Of a stretch of DNA of 64,000 bases, positions 26,745-39,314 are shown piece by piece. A program made the position numbers and the translations under genes. Location: positions 5,598,225 through 5,662,224 of the forward strand of contig NC_068993.1 of the NCBI RefSeq assembly GCF_001194135.2. The letters are read 5' to 3'. Origin of the DNA: Octopus bimaculoides. Taxonomy: Eukaryota. The notes under the pieces are model-generated. The model had not been told where the DNA came from. It did not search any database and worked only from the letters and a program-made list of their open reading frames with translations. Numbering within the stretch: position 1 is the stretch's first letter; each line of letters begins with the position of its first letter.

Positions 26745-26960
26745 GTGGTGAGCTGGTGGAACCATTAGCGTGCTGGGCAAAGTGCTTAGCAGCAATTAGT
26801 CTGTCTTTATGTTCTGAGTTCAAACGCCACTGAGGTCAACTTTGACTTTCATCCTTTCGAGGGTTGATAAATTAAGTACCAGTTGAGTGCTGGGGTCAGT
26901 GTAATTGACTTAACGCCTTCCCTCAAAATTGCTGGCCTTGTGCCAAAATTTGAAACCAAT
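26745..26960 (+). mobile_element. SINE family A copy (gccttgtgccaaaatttgaaacc tail variant)
   Basis: Head, core and tail all recognisable. Confidence 0.85.
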
Positions 26961-28227
26961 GTTATTATATGCAAACTGTTATAATACCTGGTAGTTGTTT
27001 TAACTTTCTTAGTCTTGGTTTTAGATATTGGTAATTTAGGTGCTATAGGATAAATCTAATCATTTCCACCTCTCCAAAAAGCTGCCATGGGATTCTGTCC
27101 TACTGTCTCTAGATAAATGTATAGGTAACTTTGTCAGGATCTTAACCTTTTCATCCTGCATGTGCACGTTTCCAGGCATGATTTCATTTCACTGTAACCT
27201 TTGGAAGACACAAAAGCAGGCAACCACATAGTTTTTGTGTTTGCAGCTGAAAATACCGAGGTTTCTGTTAATTAGCAAGCCATAAACACAAAACTACATA
27301 GCCACCCTCTATTGTGTCTTCCAGGGACAGTCAAAAAGGAAATTACCTGCTAAAGCATACTTGTGAGTTTAATGGGTTAACCACTTTGTGTTAACAATCT
27401 CCTCTTCATCCAGTAAGTACCAGTAATATACTGAAGCTGGTTCAAGTGATTACACTCCCATCTCCTTTTAAAAATTAGCTTGGTTTGGGCTTTGTTGAAA
27501 GAAATTTCTATTGGCGTTTCACAAATAAGATGTTGAGAGAAATTCGTTAGATGTTGAGTGAAACTCGTTACTTGTTGAAACTCGTTAGTCTAGAAACTAT
27601 TGAGCTTTTGTGAATTGTTTTCAAAAATAAGCATTTTTTTACATCCTTTTTTTTTTTTAATGCTACAGTGGATTAAACGCAGCCTGTTGAATTCAAAGTG
27701 TCTATAAGTGAAGTTGTCCTGTGGACATGTTTTCATTACATCAACTAATAAATATTTTGAGTTCTTCTCCAGTATCGGTCATTTTTGTGACATATTTTGG
27801 CTGTAGTTTGGTTTCTCCTTGTCCAAGTTCTCTTCCAGTTTAGCTGTCAGGTATAAATAAGTTTGTCATCTTGCAGTGTGGTGACACACTGTCATTGTAT
27901 CCCCAGTGTGTGGTTGTAAGTTGGAAGGGCAGGGAGATCTGGATCAAACTAGAAGCTGGAGCTCGAAGCACTTGTCCCTGATGATGACCTTTTGGCTGCT
28001 TTTTGTTATTTTTGTTGTTGTTAAACCTTAGCTCTGCTTTCATCAAGTAATCTTATGATCAAAGGTACTCCAGTTGTGACCATCCTGTCTTTTTCCTGTG
28101 TAGAAGGGATCCAGAGCCACATTATTGTTATTGTTGCTGCCAATTTTTTTGCATTCTGAGTTCAAATCCCTCTGAAGTCAACTTTACATTTTCATCCTCC
28201 TGTTTAAATTAGTTTTTATTACTATTA

Positions 28228-28445
28228 AGGTGGTGAGTTGGCAGAATCGTTAGCATGCCAGCCGAAATGCTTAGAGGCATTTTGTCTGTCCTTATGTTCT
28301 GGGTTCAGATTCCACTGAGGTCGACTTTGCCTTTCATCCTTTCGGTGTCGATAAATTAAGCACCAGTGAAACACTGGGGTTGATGTAATCGACTGGTCTC
28401 CTCCCCTCAAATTTCAGGCCTTGTGCCTATAGTAGAAAGCATTAT
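28228..28445 (+). mobile_element. SINE family A full-length copy
   Basis: aaggtggtgagttggcagaatcgttagc ... gccttgtgcctatagtagaaagc(att)n. Confidence 0.9.
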
Positions 28446-29274
28446 TATTGTTATAAATACAGTCAAATCAACATTTCTGATCAGAAAATGAATTTTACGA
28501 TTGTTTTGCCTTCGTATTTCAAAGAGAAAACCTGAATGTTTTTCTAAGAATGTGCTGTGAGTTGATGAGCTTTTGGGTGTCTGTGTATTTATAATTTTAA
28601 ATGAAACCCTTGTGAAGTTAACTGCAATACTGTTTTTTTTGTTTTTTGTATGTTTTACTATTGTATATTTGTACTTTGGGACCCAACTATGTGCAGGGGA
28701 CTCATATGAATTTTGTTGTGTATTTTCAGCATTGAATCTTATTGTTAATTATGTAGACAAGGTCATTGAAAATTAATTAGTGAAATATGATGCCTGAACT
28801 ATTTGACCATTAATTAGATTGGCATTCCATTAACTTTTCCATAATAATATTTCTAATGAAATTCTGAAATGCACTATCCACATGTTTCAATTAAGTTTGG
28901 TAGTAATTAGTAATTTGGAGGGATTCAGTTAGATAATTAATTTTTTCCATTGTTAAGTGTGGTCTAATGGTTAGGCAACTGGGCTCTCGATTGTAATGTC
29001 ATGGGTTTCAATCCGTGTCAATGTGTAATGTTCTCTTGGGCAAGGTATTTTACTTTTCATTTCTCCTGTCTATTCTGCTGGAAATAAATACTTACAGCAG
29101 CTGGGGTTAACTCTGTGATTGGCTGGGGTCCTTTCCAAGGGGTGGTGGAAACTTTAGTACTTTGTCTCTTGTGCTCTTTGAGAACAAGGATAAACTCTGA
29201 CCTAATGAGTCCATGTGCTTAAGACAGACCTATTTATCTGCTTTTTTTCTTTCTTTTCTTTTTTATCATGTAGC

Positions 29275-29425
29275 TGCTGTTTGTGTCCCCACCATCACTT
29301 GACAACTAATTTTGGTGTATTTACATCTGTGTAACTTAGCGGTTTGGCAAAAGAGACCGATAGAATAAGTACTAGGCTTACAATAAGTACTAGGCTGCAG
29401 TCAAATGACTGAAACGAATAAAAGA
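29275..29425 (+). mobile_element. SINE family B 3' half
   Basis: gtaacttagcggtttggcaaaagagaccgatagaataagtactaggc. Confidence 0.8.
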
Positions 29426-29959
29426 AAGCAAACAAATGCCTCTCAAGTAGGGAAAGGATTTTAAGTATGAATATCTCAAAAATGGGTTTCATATTATAAA
29501 ACCAGATGTGGTTTATTGGGGGTGGGTGTTTAGACCCAAAGGGGTTAAACTGAGCCAGCTGGGAATTTTAATAAAACTCCTCTTCTTCTGCTTTCTCTAG
29601 TTATCTTATGGAGGACCGTGTTTTACTTCAGTTTCTTTTTTTCCTTCCGTTTCTTTGGATAAAACATTCACTGAAAGCAGCCCAAAGGACAGCGGTCAAA
29701 CGAGATCTACTGGATTTTTGTGACTCTTGCTTTTGTTTCTTTGTGTTTTTTTGAACATTTTTGTATTACCAAGTAAAGGATTATTTATGCAGACTCTGCT
29801 GGTATGTGTGTGTATGGGGGGTGGGGGGTGGGATGGCTGAATTTGGCAGTTTCATGTATCCTTAGGCACACCATCACTCTCTATACATACATAAACACAC
29901 TGGTTTGTACTCTTGCCAACATTAATTAAACTCTCTAAATATTATTATTCACCCCGTTT

Positions 29960-30012
<53 letters not shown>

Positions 30013-31564
30013 TTTGATTTCTTTGAAAAAGAAAAAACAAACAATAACTACTCCTTCCTTCTTTTCTTTGCTGAGACTTTTAATTAAAAAATATTAATTT
30101 TTTTTTCTTTGTTGCCAAATTAAAATTTCAGGACAGTTTTAATTTATACTATCACTTTTTGTAGTTTGGAGAGTTTCTCAGAATTAGTGGAAACCTCAGC
30201 TACTTTGGCTTACAGTTCTCAGTTTCATATCCTGCCAAAGTTGACCTTTGCCCTTCATTCGGCAGAGGCCAACAAAATATATATCTACACATACCAGTTA
30301 TGTGCTGAGGTCAATTTGGTCAACTATACTGCTCCTTCAAGAGTTGGCCTTGTGAAAAATCAATGTAGGCAAGCTCTGTAGAACAGCACTGGATTAAGGC
30401 ACCCTTTGAGCCTTAATCCCTTGGTTAATCCCAAATCCTGGTTAAATGTTAGGAACATTCATTTCACTCACGCTATCAATGTTCTTGAGGAAAAGCATGA
30501 ACATCTCACAATCTCATTCTCTTATATGGTTTTTGTTGCGGCCTTGTGTTTTGAAGTATGAAATCTTGTACTCTTCTTGCATTTTACTTATTTCAACCTA
30601 CAGCCTGAGGCCATGCTGGGGCAACACACACACAAAAGAATTCATGTATGTTTTAATTTCACTATCTTCAATATATCTTGAATATTATTATTATTTTTTC
30701 CTTTTTCCTTTTTAATGCAGCTTGCATTCTGTGAAATAACTTTTTTAAAATTCTGTTAAATTTCTGTTAAATACAAATATGAACATTAGATTTCTTAAGT
30801 GAAATTAATTTTTTTAAAAATGAAACCACTTTCTCTTTTCCATCTAAACCTTTTTTTTTTTTTTTTTTTTTNNNNNNNNNNNNNNNNNNNNNNNNNNNNN
30901 NNNNNNNNNNNNNNNNNNNNNNNNNNNNNNNNNNNNNNNNNNNNNNNNNNNNNNNNNNNNNNNNNNNNNNNNNNNNNNNNNNNNNNNNNNNNNNNNNNNN
31001 NNNNNNNNNNNNNNNNNNNNNNNNNNNNNNNNNNNNNNNNNNNNNNNNNNNNNNNNNNNNNNNNNNNNNNNNNNNNNNNNNNNNNNNNNNNNNNNNNNNN
31101 NNNNNNNNNNNNNNNNNNNNNNNNNNNNNNNNNNNNNNNNNNNNNNNNNNNNNNNNNNNNNNNNNNNNNNNNNNNNNNNNNNNNNNNNNNNNNNNNNNNN
31201 NNNNNNNNNNNNNNNNNNNNNNNNNNNNNNNNNNNNNNNNNNNNNNNNNNNNNNNNNNNNNNNNNNNNNNNNNNNNNNNNNNNNNNNNNNNNNNNNNNNN
31301 NNNNNNNNNNNNNNNNNNNNNNNNNNNNNNNNNNNNNNNNNNNNNNNNNNNNNNNNNNNNNNNNNNNNNNNNNNNNNNNNNNNNNNNNNNNNNNNNNNNN
31401 NNNNNNNNNNNNNNNNNNNNNNNNNNNNNNNNNNNNNNNNNNNNNNNNNNNNNNNNNNNNNNNNNATAATAATAATACTGCATTAAAAAAATGAGATTGA
31501 AAAATAAAACATTAAAAAGAATTCTTTATTAGACATCTTGTTATTTCCCCCTCCTCCCTTTGTT

Positions 31565-31760
31565 TTATCATTTATTCACTCACATTCTTGACTCCCTTCC
31601 AGGGGTATAGGCCATTGATTATTTTCTTCCAATCATCCGTATTCTGGAACGTCCTCCTCAATTCCATTCGGAACCTCCCCAGATATACTGTCTGGGGGTG
31701 CCACTATGCTGGGGCCTTCTGAGGGTATATTCAATCCAGCATCCCACTTCGTAAATTTGT
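31565..31760 (-). mobile_element. Probable LINE (RTE-like) 3'-end fragment
   Basis: The - strand reads ...TDDWKKIINGLYPWKG..., similar to RTE ORF C-termini (from memory); no intact ORF. Confidence 0.35.
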
Positions 31761-31774
31761 ATCTTTTACTTGTT

Positions 31775-32060
31775 TCCGCCACTGGGCTGCGGCCATGCTG
31801 GAACATCGCCTTGAAGGCGTTTAGTCGAACAAATCGTCACTAAGACTTTTTTTTTTTTTTAAGCCTGGTACTGATACTGCTGGTCTCTTTTTGCTAAACC
31901 GCTAAGTTACGGGGGCGTAAACACACCAACACTGGTTGTGAAGCGGTGGTGGGGGACACGCTCACACACACACACACACACACGACGAGCTTCTTTCAGT
32001 TTCCATCTACCAAATCAATTCACAAGGCTTTTGTCAGCTCGAGGCTATAGTAGAAGACCC
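31775..32060 (-). mobile_element. SINE family B copy
   Basis: gcggccatgctggaac...ccgctaagttac...cttctttcagtttccatctaccaaatc. Confidence 0.85.
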
Positions 32061-34654
32061 AGGCCGAAGGTCTCGGTCGTCACTCGCGAACGAGCATAGC
32101 GTAGTAGTGTGTACCATACTTAAAAAAAATTTTTTTTTTTTAGGGGCTTACATAGTCGCAAGTTGATATGGACACCCTATGTAACTATCCTACTCTTTGA
32201 TCCAGCGGAACATCTACAGTATGTGTGTGACATTTAAGTAGACCAGAGCAATGTGAAATGAAGGGACTTGCTCAAGAACACAACACGTTGCCCCGTCTAG
32301 AAAATGAACCCGCGACATGATGGTGAACCAAGCATTTTAACCATAAGGCCACGCCCCCTTCATACACACACACGTGCGCGAACGCATCAATGTAATAAGT
32401 CATATGAATTTTCTTGTGGTTTCTTCTTGTCAATCTTCCGCTCTCTCTTACTACTTCTCTCTTAACTGTTGACGCCTTGTAATTGTTTCTACAATTTTCT
32501 TATAGCCACACCCTCTCTCATGTTTCTGAAACTCTCCTCTCTCACATTTACATCTTGTTTCTGTCACTCTCACTCTAACCTTCTCTCCTCACTCTCATTC
32601 GTCGTCTATTGTAGTAAACTCGCTATCCTTTACCCGCTATCACCTTGATTTTACCGTCTCTATTGTAGCTCCGCCCATTAATGTACGTTCTCAATGTTTC
32701 TGTTTTTCTCTCTTTAACCACGCCTACTATTGTCATCCCTTCCCCTACTTTCTGTTACTCTCACTTTATCTCCTACAGGCACGCCTCCTGCTACTTTTAT
32801 TGTTATTCCTTCTCCCACTGTTTCTATTTCTCTCACTCCGTTACTCTCTACGACAGCCACCTCCCCATTTCCTCCACAGTGTGTATGTTGGTGTGTTACT
32901 GGACACACCCCTTTACCTATTAACCTGCAAACGTTCTACAATTCCTATCACTCCTACTCTGTTAATGAATTTATACTGTGTGCGCATGCGCGCTTGAGCC
33001 GGTGCGTTGCTGCAACAATTTTTATCAAATCCATGTGCTGTCTCGATCGATCGATCGATCGATATATACAGCTCTCTCTCTCTCTCCCCCTCTCTCTCTC
33101 CCTCCCCCTCTCTCTCTCCCTCTCTCTCNNNNNNNNNNNNNNNNNNNNNNNNNNNNNNNNNNNNNNNNNNNNNNNNNNNNNNNNNNNNNNNNNNNNNNNN
33201 NNNNNNNNNNNNNNNNNNNNNNNNNNNNNNNNNNNNNNNNNNNNNNNNNNNNNNNNNNNNNNNNNNNNNNNNNNNNNNNNNNNNNNNNNNNNNNNNNNNN
33301 NNNNNNNNNNNNNNNNNNNNNNNNNNNNNNNNNNNNNNNNNNNNNNNNNNNNNNNNNNNNNNNNNNNNNNNNNNNNNNNNNNNNNNNNNNNNNNNNNNNN
33401 NNNNNNNNNNNNNNNNNNNNNNNNNNNNNNNNNNNNNNNNNNNNNNNNNNNNNNNNNNNNNNNNNNNNNNNNNNNNNNNNNNNNNNNNNNNNNNNNNNNN
33501 NNNNNNNNNNNNNNNNNNNNNNNNNNNNNNTGTAGCGCCTTGGCGCTTTACTTCTGCTCGGTCACGACTGACATGGGCTGGAACCATTGTTTCTTATGGG
33601 AAGTGGGGGGCGGGGAGAGCTGAGAATTGAAAAAAAGGGGCGGACAAATTGCCAATGTTTAATAAATTTAAGATGGTTTTAAATCTTTTAAACTTGAGCA
33701 ACCATAGAGAAGAAAGAAGGCGGCATTGTCCGAGAGTCTGTAATGCGGTGACGACAACGATCCTGGATGGCGAATGTTCGTAGCTCACACGTTAAGGGAG
33801 CTCTTTCCATTAAGGCTTAGTTTGTTTTCTGGTTTCGATTTCTTGACTGGACCAGTTTCGTTTCAATTTCAATGTCGTTGATATCTCTCATCTAACATCC
33901 TTTTTTTGTCTCCCATTCCAATCCATCGTTGACCTCTCCCACTTAATATTTAACTACTTACCTGTATACAAAGCGATGTTGACAGTGTTGGTTGTAGTTT
34001 AGCTCTGTGTCAACCATGATGAAACAAACTCTACTATGAAATGGGCTCCAACCGTGACAATCCTTTTTCATTTTTGTTTCTTTTAGTCATGATGTATCTT
34101 GGACTACATTATCCAACGAGTCCTTTATCTTTTTTTAAAACACGTTGAGATATGATATGAGAGGCATTTCACTATTATTCTTAGGCGGTCGAGACACCAT
34201 GCAAATGGTCTCCCACTGGATCGAGTTGGGGCGGCTAAAAGAAAACTAGGCGCCAACCCTTAATAAGGAAGGGGTTACTTCTGGCGAGTAATGGTGGAGT
34301 ACGATCGGACTGAATAACTTAGAAGACTTACCTGTAAAAGACTTACCTGCAAAAGACTTATTCTGTAGCCATTCACTTGAGACTAAAATACTGTTACACA
34401 TACGTGATACTCCAGATTACAAGATTTTTGTCAAATGATTGCAGCTTGTTGATGGATGGGATTTTGTCAAGACCATAATTCTTTTTTTTAAAGCACTTTA
34501 GAAATTCCCTATGCATTGTGTAAACAACCTCGATACCTTGTTCTGTTGATTACACTGAAGTTTTTGTATAAAGTGAAGAACTTATCAGGAAAAAAATGAA
34601 GAAATGAGGTCGCACTGAGATATCAACAGTGTTTATTATGGCTGTGGGAGGCTA

Positions 34655-34805
34655 TCGTTCCGCCGAGGTCGACTTTGCCTTTCATCCTTTGGGGGTCGAT
34701 TAAATAAGTACCAGTTACGCACTGGGGTCGATATAATCAATTTAACCCGTTTGTCTGTCCTTGTTTCTCCCCACTGTGTGTAGCCCCTTGTGGGCAGTAA
34801 AGAAA
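34655..34805 (+). mobile_element. SINE family A core with a third, different 3' tail
   Basis: Family A core followed by gtttgtctgtccttg...gccccttgtgggcagtaaaagaaa. Confidence 0.75.
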
Positions 34806-35394
34806 AAAAGGGAGGCTATAGTTGTTGTTGACTGGTTCGAAATCAAGAAAGCTTGTGATCAAAAGGCCTTACAGTCATGGCCATCATGCCTTAACGGCAA
34901 ATTGGTAGAAACGTTAGAACGTCCATGAGCTGTCTTACGGTATCTATTTCGGTTTCTTTCTTTCTGAGTTCAAATCCTACCAAACTCAACCTTACTNNNN
35001 NNNNNNNNNNNNNNNNNNNNNNNNNNNNNNNNNNNNNNNNNNNNNNNNNNNNNNNNNNNNNNNNNNNNNNNNNNNNNNNNNNNNNNNNNNNNNNNNNNNN
35101 NNNNNNNNNNNNNNNNNNNNNNNNNNNNNNNNNNNNNNNNNNNNNNNNNNNNNNNNNNTATATTTAATATCTATCTATATATATATATATATATAATGCA
35201 CACACGCACTGTTTTTAACACTTTAGCGACTACAGCTCATGATTGACATGACATTATCTATTGGTCGATATTTGATGTCGCTAATGTGTTGAACGTAACA
35301 TGGCTGACGAGAAGCAATTTGTGTCTGTGTGCAGAAGGCAGCCTTGATATAGTAACCAAATCTCCCTCAAACTTTTTATAGTAAACCCAATAAT

Positions 35395-36135
35395 TGAAAT
35401 AAATTTAAATATTGTAATTATCTCTTTAAATTTGTTACTTCTTTGATTGTCCAGTAGGTAAGTGTGCTTAGAAGTAGTAACTGAACACACCAGTAGAGTT
35501 TCAGGTCTCTGCCAGGAATTACATGGCGTCTCATTAAATATTTTCATTTAAGCAACCAAATTACCCTGAACAAAAAGATTGTGTGTGGAGAAGTGGCCAC
35601 AAGGCAGTCTTCACAGAGTAATCAAATTGCCATCATATCTTTATCGTAATTCCATTAATTGAAATAAATTTAGATATCTTGATCTTATTAAAATTATTGA
35701 TGATTTGGTAGCTCAGTAGGTATGGGTGTTGCAAAGTGGTAATATAACAAGTGGAGGTTTCAAATCTCTTCCAGGAATTACAAAGGTTCTTATTAAATAA
35801 CAATATTTGAAATAAATTTAAGTATCTTAATTTTCTCATAAAAATTGTTGCTGCTTTGGTGGCCCAGTCGGTAAGGGTGTTTAAAAGTAGTAACAAGACA
35901 CAAGCAGAGGTTTCTAATCTCTGCCAGGAATTACAGGGGTCTTATTAAACATATTCATTTTTTTATCTCTAAAGATAAAAAAAAATGAAAAATTTTAGTA
36001 AGACCCCTTAATGCAGGCCCTGGGAAGGATTGAACCCTGCCCAGAATGTTCAATGTTTAATTATGACTCTACCCACGAGACCACCAAGACACCCAACATT
36101 TATGTAGTAAATTAACGGATATTTAAATCTATCAT
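35395..36135. repeat. Three tandem ~150-bp tRNA-like units plus a fourth inverted unit (foldback)
   Basis: Units at about 35395-35550, 35659-35808 and 35809-35965 (+) and 35975-36135 (-), sharing A-box-like tggcccagtcggta, B-box-like ggtttc.aatc and ccaggaattaca..ggtcttattaaa. Confidence 0.8.
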
Positions 36136-36439
36136 AACTAAAGATAAAAAAAAACTATCTCATCACAGCTGTAGCTCAGTAATTAATCCCAAATTGGGGA
36201 CCTTAAAGAGTGAGAGAGAACGAGAGGGGCGGAAAACATTGATGAAATACTCGGGTACTCCAACAAATGGGGTACTAAGGGAAGGACTTAACTTGGTGGT
36301 CAATTTAATTGATCTCTCATAGTATTTGATTTTATCGATTCCAGGAAGAATGGAACAAAAAGGTTGACCATTTACTGATTATCCATTGCTAAACTTAACA
36401 GTAATTATTATAATTAACAACATTAATAATAATGATAAC

Positions 36440-36645
36440 AATAATCTATCTATTATAGGCGCAAGGCCTGAAATTTGGAGGAGGGGATAGTCGACTACAT
36501 CGACCCCAATACTCAACTGGTACTTAATTTATCGAACCCGAAAGTATGAATGGTAAAGTCGATCTTGGGGGAATTTAAGCTCAGAACGGAGCGACAGGCG
36601 AAATACCACTAAGAATTTCGTCCAGCGTGCTAACGATTCTGAAAA
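36440..36645 (-). mobile_element. SINE family A copy about 160 nt downstream of the gogo-like stop (probable 3'UTR)
   Basis: Reverse complement of head (gtgctaacgattctg), core and tail. Confidence 0.85.
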
Positions 36646-36802
36646 AAGATGTATTGTGTTTTTGTGGTGAAAACGTTTGTAAGTTATACAGATTGGTGCT
36701 ATTCCAGAGTGGCCGTACATCAATAAATGAAACCAATAACATTTTTTCAATGAAATAAATATCAATAACAACGAGACATATTTGGACAGTGGGACAATAA
36801 AT

Positions 36803-38136
36803 TTAATCAAACGTCAGGGTAGAATCCGATGGTTTTAACGTTCCTATCTTTTCTGTACCCTGCCATCGAAGCTTGAGAGTGTCTTCTGTATCAAAGTAAG
36901 AGAAAGGATCATCCATTATAAAGTCATCATATTCCAGTTCACAGCCCTCTGATGTCGCATCCGATGAAGTTAGTATACTACGAGTCGGAGAAAGAGTTTT
37001 TAAGCTTCTAACACTCAGAGGAGTCATACTTCTTGGGGTTTTATCCCCTCTTAAAAGTTCTGGACTTTGTCCGTCTGGTTTTGAATTACGTTGCGAATCA
37101 AGCAGTCTTGGACTATAATCCAATGGAGGTTTCTTTTTAGCCGCCATTGGCGAGGCTTTTTTGAAAGGTAAGCTATGGTCCTCTTTCACGAGGCTAGTTG
37201 GCCGTTTCGGCTTACTGTCACCACCGACAAATGCCGTTGTGGTATTTTTACCCGAGTGCATGGAATCTTCCCGACTGCTACTTCGGGATAAAGTCTTGAG
37301 ATCATAATCTGACTTCTCCTGTAGAGTCATTAACGGAATACCGTCAGAGTTTCTATTACTTCCTTTCGGCGTAGGAAGCCGGAAGTGTTTTGATTTATCT
37401 CTTTTTTGTACTTTATCCATATCACTTTTTGTTGATTTAGTTGATGAGGTATCGGTGATACTGGCGGGGGATTTCACTAGTGGCATGTTGCTGTTAGCCT
37501 GCGAAGAAGATGGCGTCCCTGACGAACCGGGTACGATGCGTTCGCCTAAATCGAGATTCGAGCCTTTGTCGGTAGAGGAACCTTTTCTTTTGCCCTTGTA
37601 ATCCACTGGATGGACTTTAGGTGAGCGAGTTTTTGATGACGGGCTCGAATTAAGGCTAGTGGGACCGTGGTCTTTAGGATGTGTTGTGTAGGGGCTAGAT
37701 AGATTAGCCGGTGACAGTACTTCGGCTTTGGTTTCTATTTTCCGCGAGTGCCCCAAAAGGCTTGAAGCGCTGGACACTGACGTGTGTGGCGAAGCGAGCA
37801 CTGGTGTGCCGCTGTCTTGCTTTTTGCGCTTGGTGCTTACTGATTGTGTGAGCGGAGCTTCCATATCATGTTCAATGGTAGCGTTTCCGGCAGCACTGGT
37901 CGGGCTACTGGGAGCACTGCTTTTGACGTGATACGGGCTGTTATCCCCTTGTGAGGCGACGGTGTATTTATGCCATTGTTGGCCGTAGAAACGATGGTAG
38001 ATGCCACAGCCAACGCTTGCGACCAGGGTCATAACGCAGATGATGATGCCAACAGCAACAATAGTATTTTCCCATTCGGGTTCTTTTACCATCAATGAAC
38101 GCGGAACAAGGGCGGCGGCAGCAGATGTATTGATAG
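36803..38136 (-). CDS. gogo: gogo/THSD1-like receptor, terminal exon: TM helix (TIVAVGIIICVMTLVASVGCGIY) plus Ser/Lys-rich cytoplasmic tail
   Basis: ttgcag acceptor in phase 1, continuous with the 430-aa ORF. ENTIVAVGI resembles THSD1 NNIVTVTGI. C-terminal ELEYD motif; TAA at 36805-36803. Confidence 0.9.
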
Positions 38137-38139
38137 CTG

Positions 38140-38355
38140 CAATAATAATAATTGATAATTAATAATAACCAATAATAATTAATAGTCAATAATTGATAAT
38201 AATTAATAGTCAATAATTGATAATAATTAATAATCAATAACAATTAATAATTGATAATCAATAATAATTAATAATCAATAACCAATAATAATCAATAACC
38301 AATAATAATCAATAATAATAATAATAATTTAAAATAATTAATAATCAATAATAAT
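38140..38355. repeat. Compound (AAT)n / aataatcaat satellite abutting the last-exon acceptor of the gogo-like gene
   Basis: Directly visible. Confidence 0.9.
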
Positions 38356-38357
38356 AA

Positions 38358-38600
38358 GAATGGTTTCAAATTTTGGCACAGAGCCAGTTGTTTTTGAGGG
38401 GAGGGGGAAGTCGATTACATCGAGCCCAGTATTGATCTCGAAAAGAAGAAAGGGAAAATTGATTCTTGTGAGTTCAAATCCTTCCGTGGTCAACTTTCCT
38501 TTTTATCCTTTCGGGGTCGATAAAATAAAGTCCCAGCTGAGCGTCATGGATTAAACTCTCCCCTAAAAAAATTGCCGGCCTTGTACCAAAATTTGAAACA
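38358..38600. mobile_element. Inverted pair of partial SINE family A copies
   Basis: tggtttcaaattttggcac (-) at about 38360 and gccttgtaccaaaatttgaaac (+) at about 38575-38600. Confidence 0.75.
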
Positions 38601-39314
38601 ACAACAATAACAGTGATGATTATAAATTACTTGCTATAAGGGAAACAGATAAAGGGACATTGCAAAGACAGATTACAAAAGGAGAAAGAACATAAAAACC
38701 AGAGCACTGAGAGGGCGCAAACTTCCGCCAAGGCAACACGAACGTCCTCGTTTGTTTTTTTATTACCCACAAGGGGCAAAATATAGAGGTTTATACAGCA
38801 CAAAAGAATACAAAACAAAAAATCGAGGAAATAAAAATATAAAAAGGAAATAAAGCAAGGAAAAAAAAATAAAAAGAAACGAATGAAATTATGAATAATG
38901 ATGGTCGACTTTGCCTTTCAGTAAAACACTGGGGTCGATGTAATCGATTATCCTCCTCCCCCAAATGTCAGGCCTTGTGCCTAGAGTAGAAGTTTAGTTA
39001 AAGTAGAAGTTTTAGTTAAAGAGAAAAATATGCATCCTTTAACTGCTGGTTTTCCTGGACAAAGAGAGGCGGTGGCACGATTCCCAGTAGCAATAATTTT
39101 GTCGATGTTCCAAGTCGACAAAATTGTACCAGAAACGAGCAAATCTCGGCTACAACTGAAAACCAGCTGAAATAGAAGAACCTAGAGAGAGAAAGAGAGA
39201 GGAGAAGGCGAGGGTGGGGCAAAATGGGGGAGGAGAGCTTTGTTATTGTCTGATTCTCCGTCAATACTACAATAAAAAGAAAAACTAAACAAAACAAACT
39301 ATTTCTTGGCATAC

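Noticed and set aside
32440-33128. Pyrimidine-rich block giving Ser/Thr/Pro/Leu ORFs, plus a (GATC)n run
   Set aside because: Low-complexity CT-rich DNA with no splice or domain support.
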